From Eledone cirrhosa (Eukaryota): a stretch of 64,000 nucleotides of DNA. The position numbers and the translations under genes were made by a program. Shown here one piece after another: positions 61,458 to 64,000 of this stretch (positions are counted from its first letter, which is position 1; each line of letters begins with the position of its first letter). The stretch is from NCBI GenBank assembly GCA_964016885.1, contig OZ024746.1, positions 47,182,001 to 47,246,000 on the forward strand. Reading direction: 5' to 3'. The notes under the pieces were generated by a model. The model ran no database searches. It saw only the letters and a program-made list of their open reading frames with translations, and was not told the DNA's origin.

Positions 61458-62888
61458 TTTCTGAATTTGTTTAGCAAGATTCTTTATCTAAAATCGTGTG
61501 TTGAAACCGATATTGTTATACTTTGGGAGGGTCATGTTGCCAATAAGAAACACACGCACCAGTTGCTTTCACTTCAATTTATTATATATTTATAAATTTA
61601 TAAATTTACAAATCTACAAACTTATAAATTTCTGGTTGGTTGGTTGGTTCCACAACCAGATAGTTGTTTATATATAGTCATAGTCCTATCGTCACACACT
61701 ATGTGACCTCTTCAGTGACTGGGGATTCCTTTCTTTGTTTCTGTGCCTTTCCTTTCTTCTGTCCTACGCCATTTTATTTCTGTGTGTGTGTTGTGTGCTC
61801 AGTTTGCGCATGCGCCACATCCGAGTGTCTGTGTGTGTTTGTGTTCATTTATCTATTTGTTTATTTATTTACATGTTGTTGGTTGGTTGTTTGTTCTATG
61901 TGTGTGTGTGTTTTCATTTTGTCCTTAATTGTAAGTTGTGATGTTGCTGTTCCACTCATATTTTCTATTTAATTTTGGTTGTAATTCTTTTATGCTTACT
62001 GCCTCTGTAATTTGCCTAAACATTGCATCTTTTCTGTGTGTGGATTCTATTTTTATTTCTGTTCTCTAATTTACCCTTGTGTTCTGTCTTAGCATGTTGG
62101 TAGAGTACAGATGATTCTTTATTATCTTGAAGGTCTCGCCAGTGTTCATTTATTCATTCCCCTATACTACGAGCTGTCTCACCTATGTACACTATATTTT
62201 TGTTTCTACATTGTCCTTCAGTACATCTTATGCTATACACTACATTTCTAGTTTTACAGTTAATATGGGGGCTTATTTTACAGGTTATACATTTCTTATC
62301 TATACATGAGGGTCTTTGGAACGGGTATGTCTTGCTAATAAGTGTTTTTACGGAGGTACCTGGTCTTTCTACTATCTTAATATTGAGTTTATGTTTATTT
62401 AGGGCCCTTCTAAATTTGTAGGCTAGTTCGCCTCTAGGGGTTGTATTGATGAACATTACACTCTGGTATTTATTGCTATCATATCATGAGTTTATTCTAT
62501 TGGCCTTGTTCCTAGTTCTTTCTATTCTATTCCAAAATTTGCTCCTATGCAAGGGGCAGGTCCCATTTATGTCATTATTTACCATTTTTTCCCATTTGGT
62601 TCTGGCTCCTCTATACACTCTGATTCTATCTCTCTGATTGTAGCCAGAGAACTGCATACGGTGGATGAAGTGTTGTATGTGTCTCTCTAGTTCTTCGGGG
62701 TTGCACATGCGGGACACATTTCTCATCACCCGTACCAAATCCGCAATCAGTATGTTGATTTTGGTATGGTCCGAAATGGCCGAGTTTCGGTGGATCAGAT
62801 GTTTGGAAGTCATGTGTTTGGCATAATGGGAATGGAGGATTTGTTTTTGGTTGTTAATGGTATCTAACCAGAGCTCTGTGTCTAGTAC
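61456..62888 (-). mobile_element. Penelope-like element (Neptune/Nematis-like), 5'-truncated, left arm of an inverted pair
   Basis: VLDTELW..HYAKHMTSK..SA, CxxxxCxxC linker, VVYSIRC..YIGETAR; stops at 62484 and 62154. Confidence 0.85.
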
Positions 62889-64000
62889 AATCAGAGAGAT
62901 AGAATTAGAGTGTATAGAGGAGCCAGAACCAAATGGGAAAAAATGGTAAATAATGACATAAATGGGACCTGCCCCTTGTATAGGAGCAAATTTTGGAATA
63001 GAATAGAAAGAACTAAGAACAAGGCCAATAGAATAAACTCATGGTATGATAGCAATAAATACCAGAGTGTAATGTTCATCAATACAACCCCTAGAGGCGA
63101 ACTAGCCTACAAATTTAGAAGGGCCCTAAGTAAACATAAACTCAATATTAAGATAGTAGAAAGACCAGGTACCTCCGTAAAACACTTATTAGCAAGACAT
63201 ACCCGTTCCAAAGACCCTCATGTATAGATAAGAAATGTATAACCTGTAAAATAAGCCCCCATATTAACTGTAAAACTAGAAATGTAGTGTATAGCATAAG
63301 ATGTACTGAAGGACAATGTAGAAACAAAAATATAGTGTACATAGGTGAGACAGCTCGTAGTATAGGGGAACGAATAAATGAACACTGGCGAGACCTTCAA
63401 GATAATAAAGAATCATCTGTACTCTACCAACATGCTAAGATAGAACACAAGGGTAAATTAGAGAACATAGAAATAAAAATAGAATCCACACACAGAAAAG
63501 ATGCAATGTTTAGGCAAATTACAGAGGCAGTAAGCATAAAAGAATTACAACCAAAATTAAATAGAAAATATGAGTGGAACAGCAACATCACAACTTACAA
63601 TTAAGGACAAAATGAAAACACACACACACATAGAACAAACAACCAACCAACAACATGTAAATAAATAAACAAATAGATAAATGAACACAAACACACACAG
63701 ACACCCGGATGTGGCGCATGCGCAAACTGAGCACACAACACACACACAGAAACAAAATGGCGTAGGACAGAAGAAAGGAAAGGCACAGAAACAAAGAAAG
63801 GAATCCCCAGTCACTGAAGAGGTCACAGAGTGTGTGACGAAAGGACTATGACTATATATAAACAACTATCTGGTTGTGGAACCAACCAACCAACCAGAAA
63901 TTTATAAGTTTGTAGATTTGTATATTTATAAATTTATAAATATATAATAAATTGAAGTGAAAGCAACTGGTGCGTGTGTTTCTTATTGGCAACATGACCC
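62886..64000 (+). mobile_element. Same PLE, right arm (GIY-YIG end and 3' region; continues off window)
   Basis: Reverse complement of 61529-62642; YIGETARSIGERINEH..RQITEAV..LNRKYEW; frameshift near 63180. Confidence 0.88.
63809..63853 (+). ncRNA. Putative minimal hammerhead ribozyme (mirror copy at 61676-61720 has GAAA>GATA)
   Basis: AGTCA-CTGAAGA-g-GTCACA..TGTGAC-GAAA-ggac-TA-TGACT. Confidence 0.65.

Noticed and set aside
62154-62486. In-frame TGA codons as selenocysteine (as in Naiad PLEs)
   Set aside because: The mirror arm has TGG (Trp) and CGA (Arg) at these sites, so they are ordinary nonsense mutations.

Overview
AT-rich, microsatellite-dense animal genomic DNA made almost entirely of retroelements; I found no convincing host exon. 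The SINE motifs and composition suggest an octopus or other coleoid cephalopod (inference). 1-26 kb is a head-to-tail, all-minus-strand array of two divergent R4/Dong-clade non-LTR retrotransposon families joined by (TAA)n tracts. Family A has two intact 1130-aa ORFs; family B has three long, disabled copies. The two families share a near-identical 5' terminal module and a covarying 3' stem-loop. Further along are a nearly intact L1/Tx1 element in (ATT)n (34.5-40.3 kb) whose 3' stem-loop matches the tail of the local tRNA-SINE, and three tandem non-autonomous RTE-type units in (ATGT)n (43.7-45.6 kb). There are also several Penelope-like elements in (TA)n: an intact 7.4-kb copy with identical pLTRs, a long-stem-II hammerhead candidate and about 2.5 kb of microsatellite cargo, and an inverted (fold-back) copy running off the window end. 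All identities are by-eye estimates; no database searches were run.
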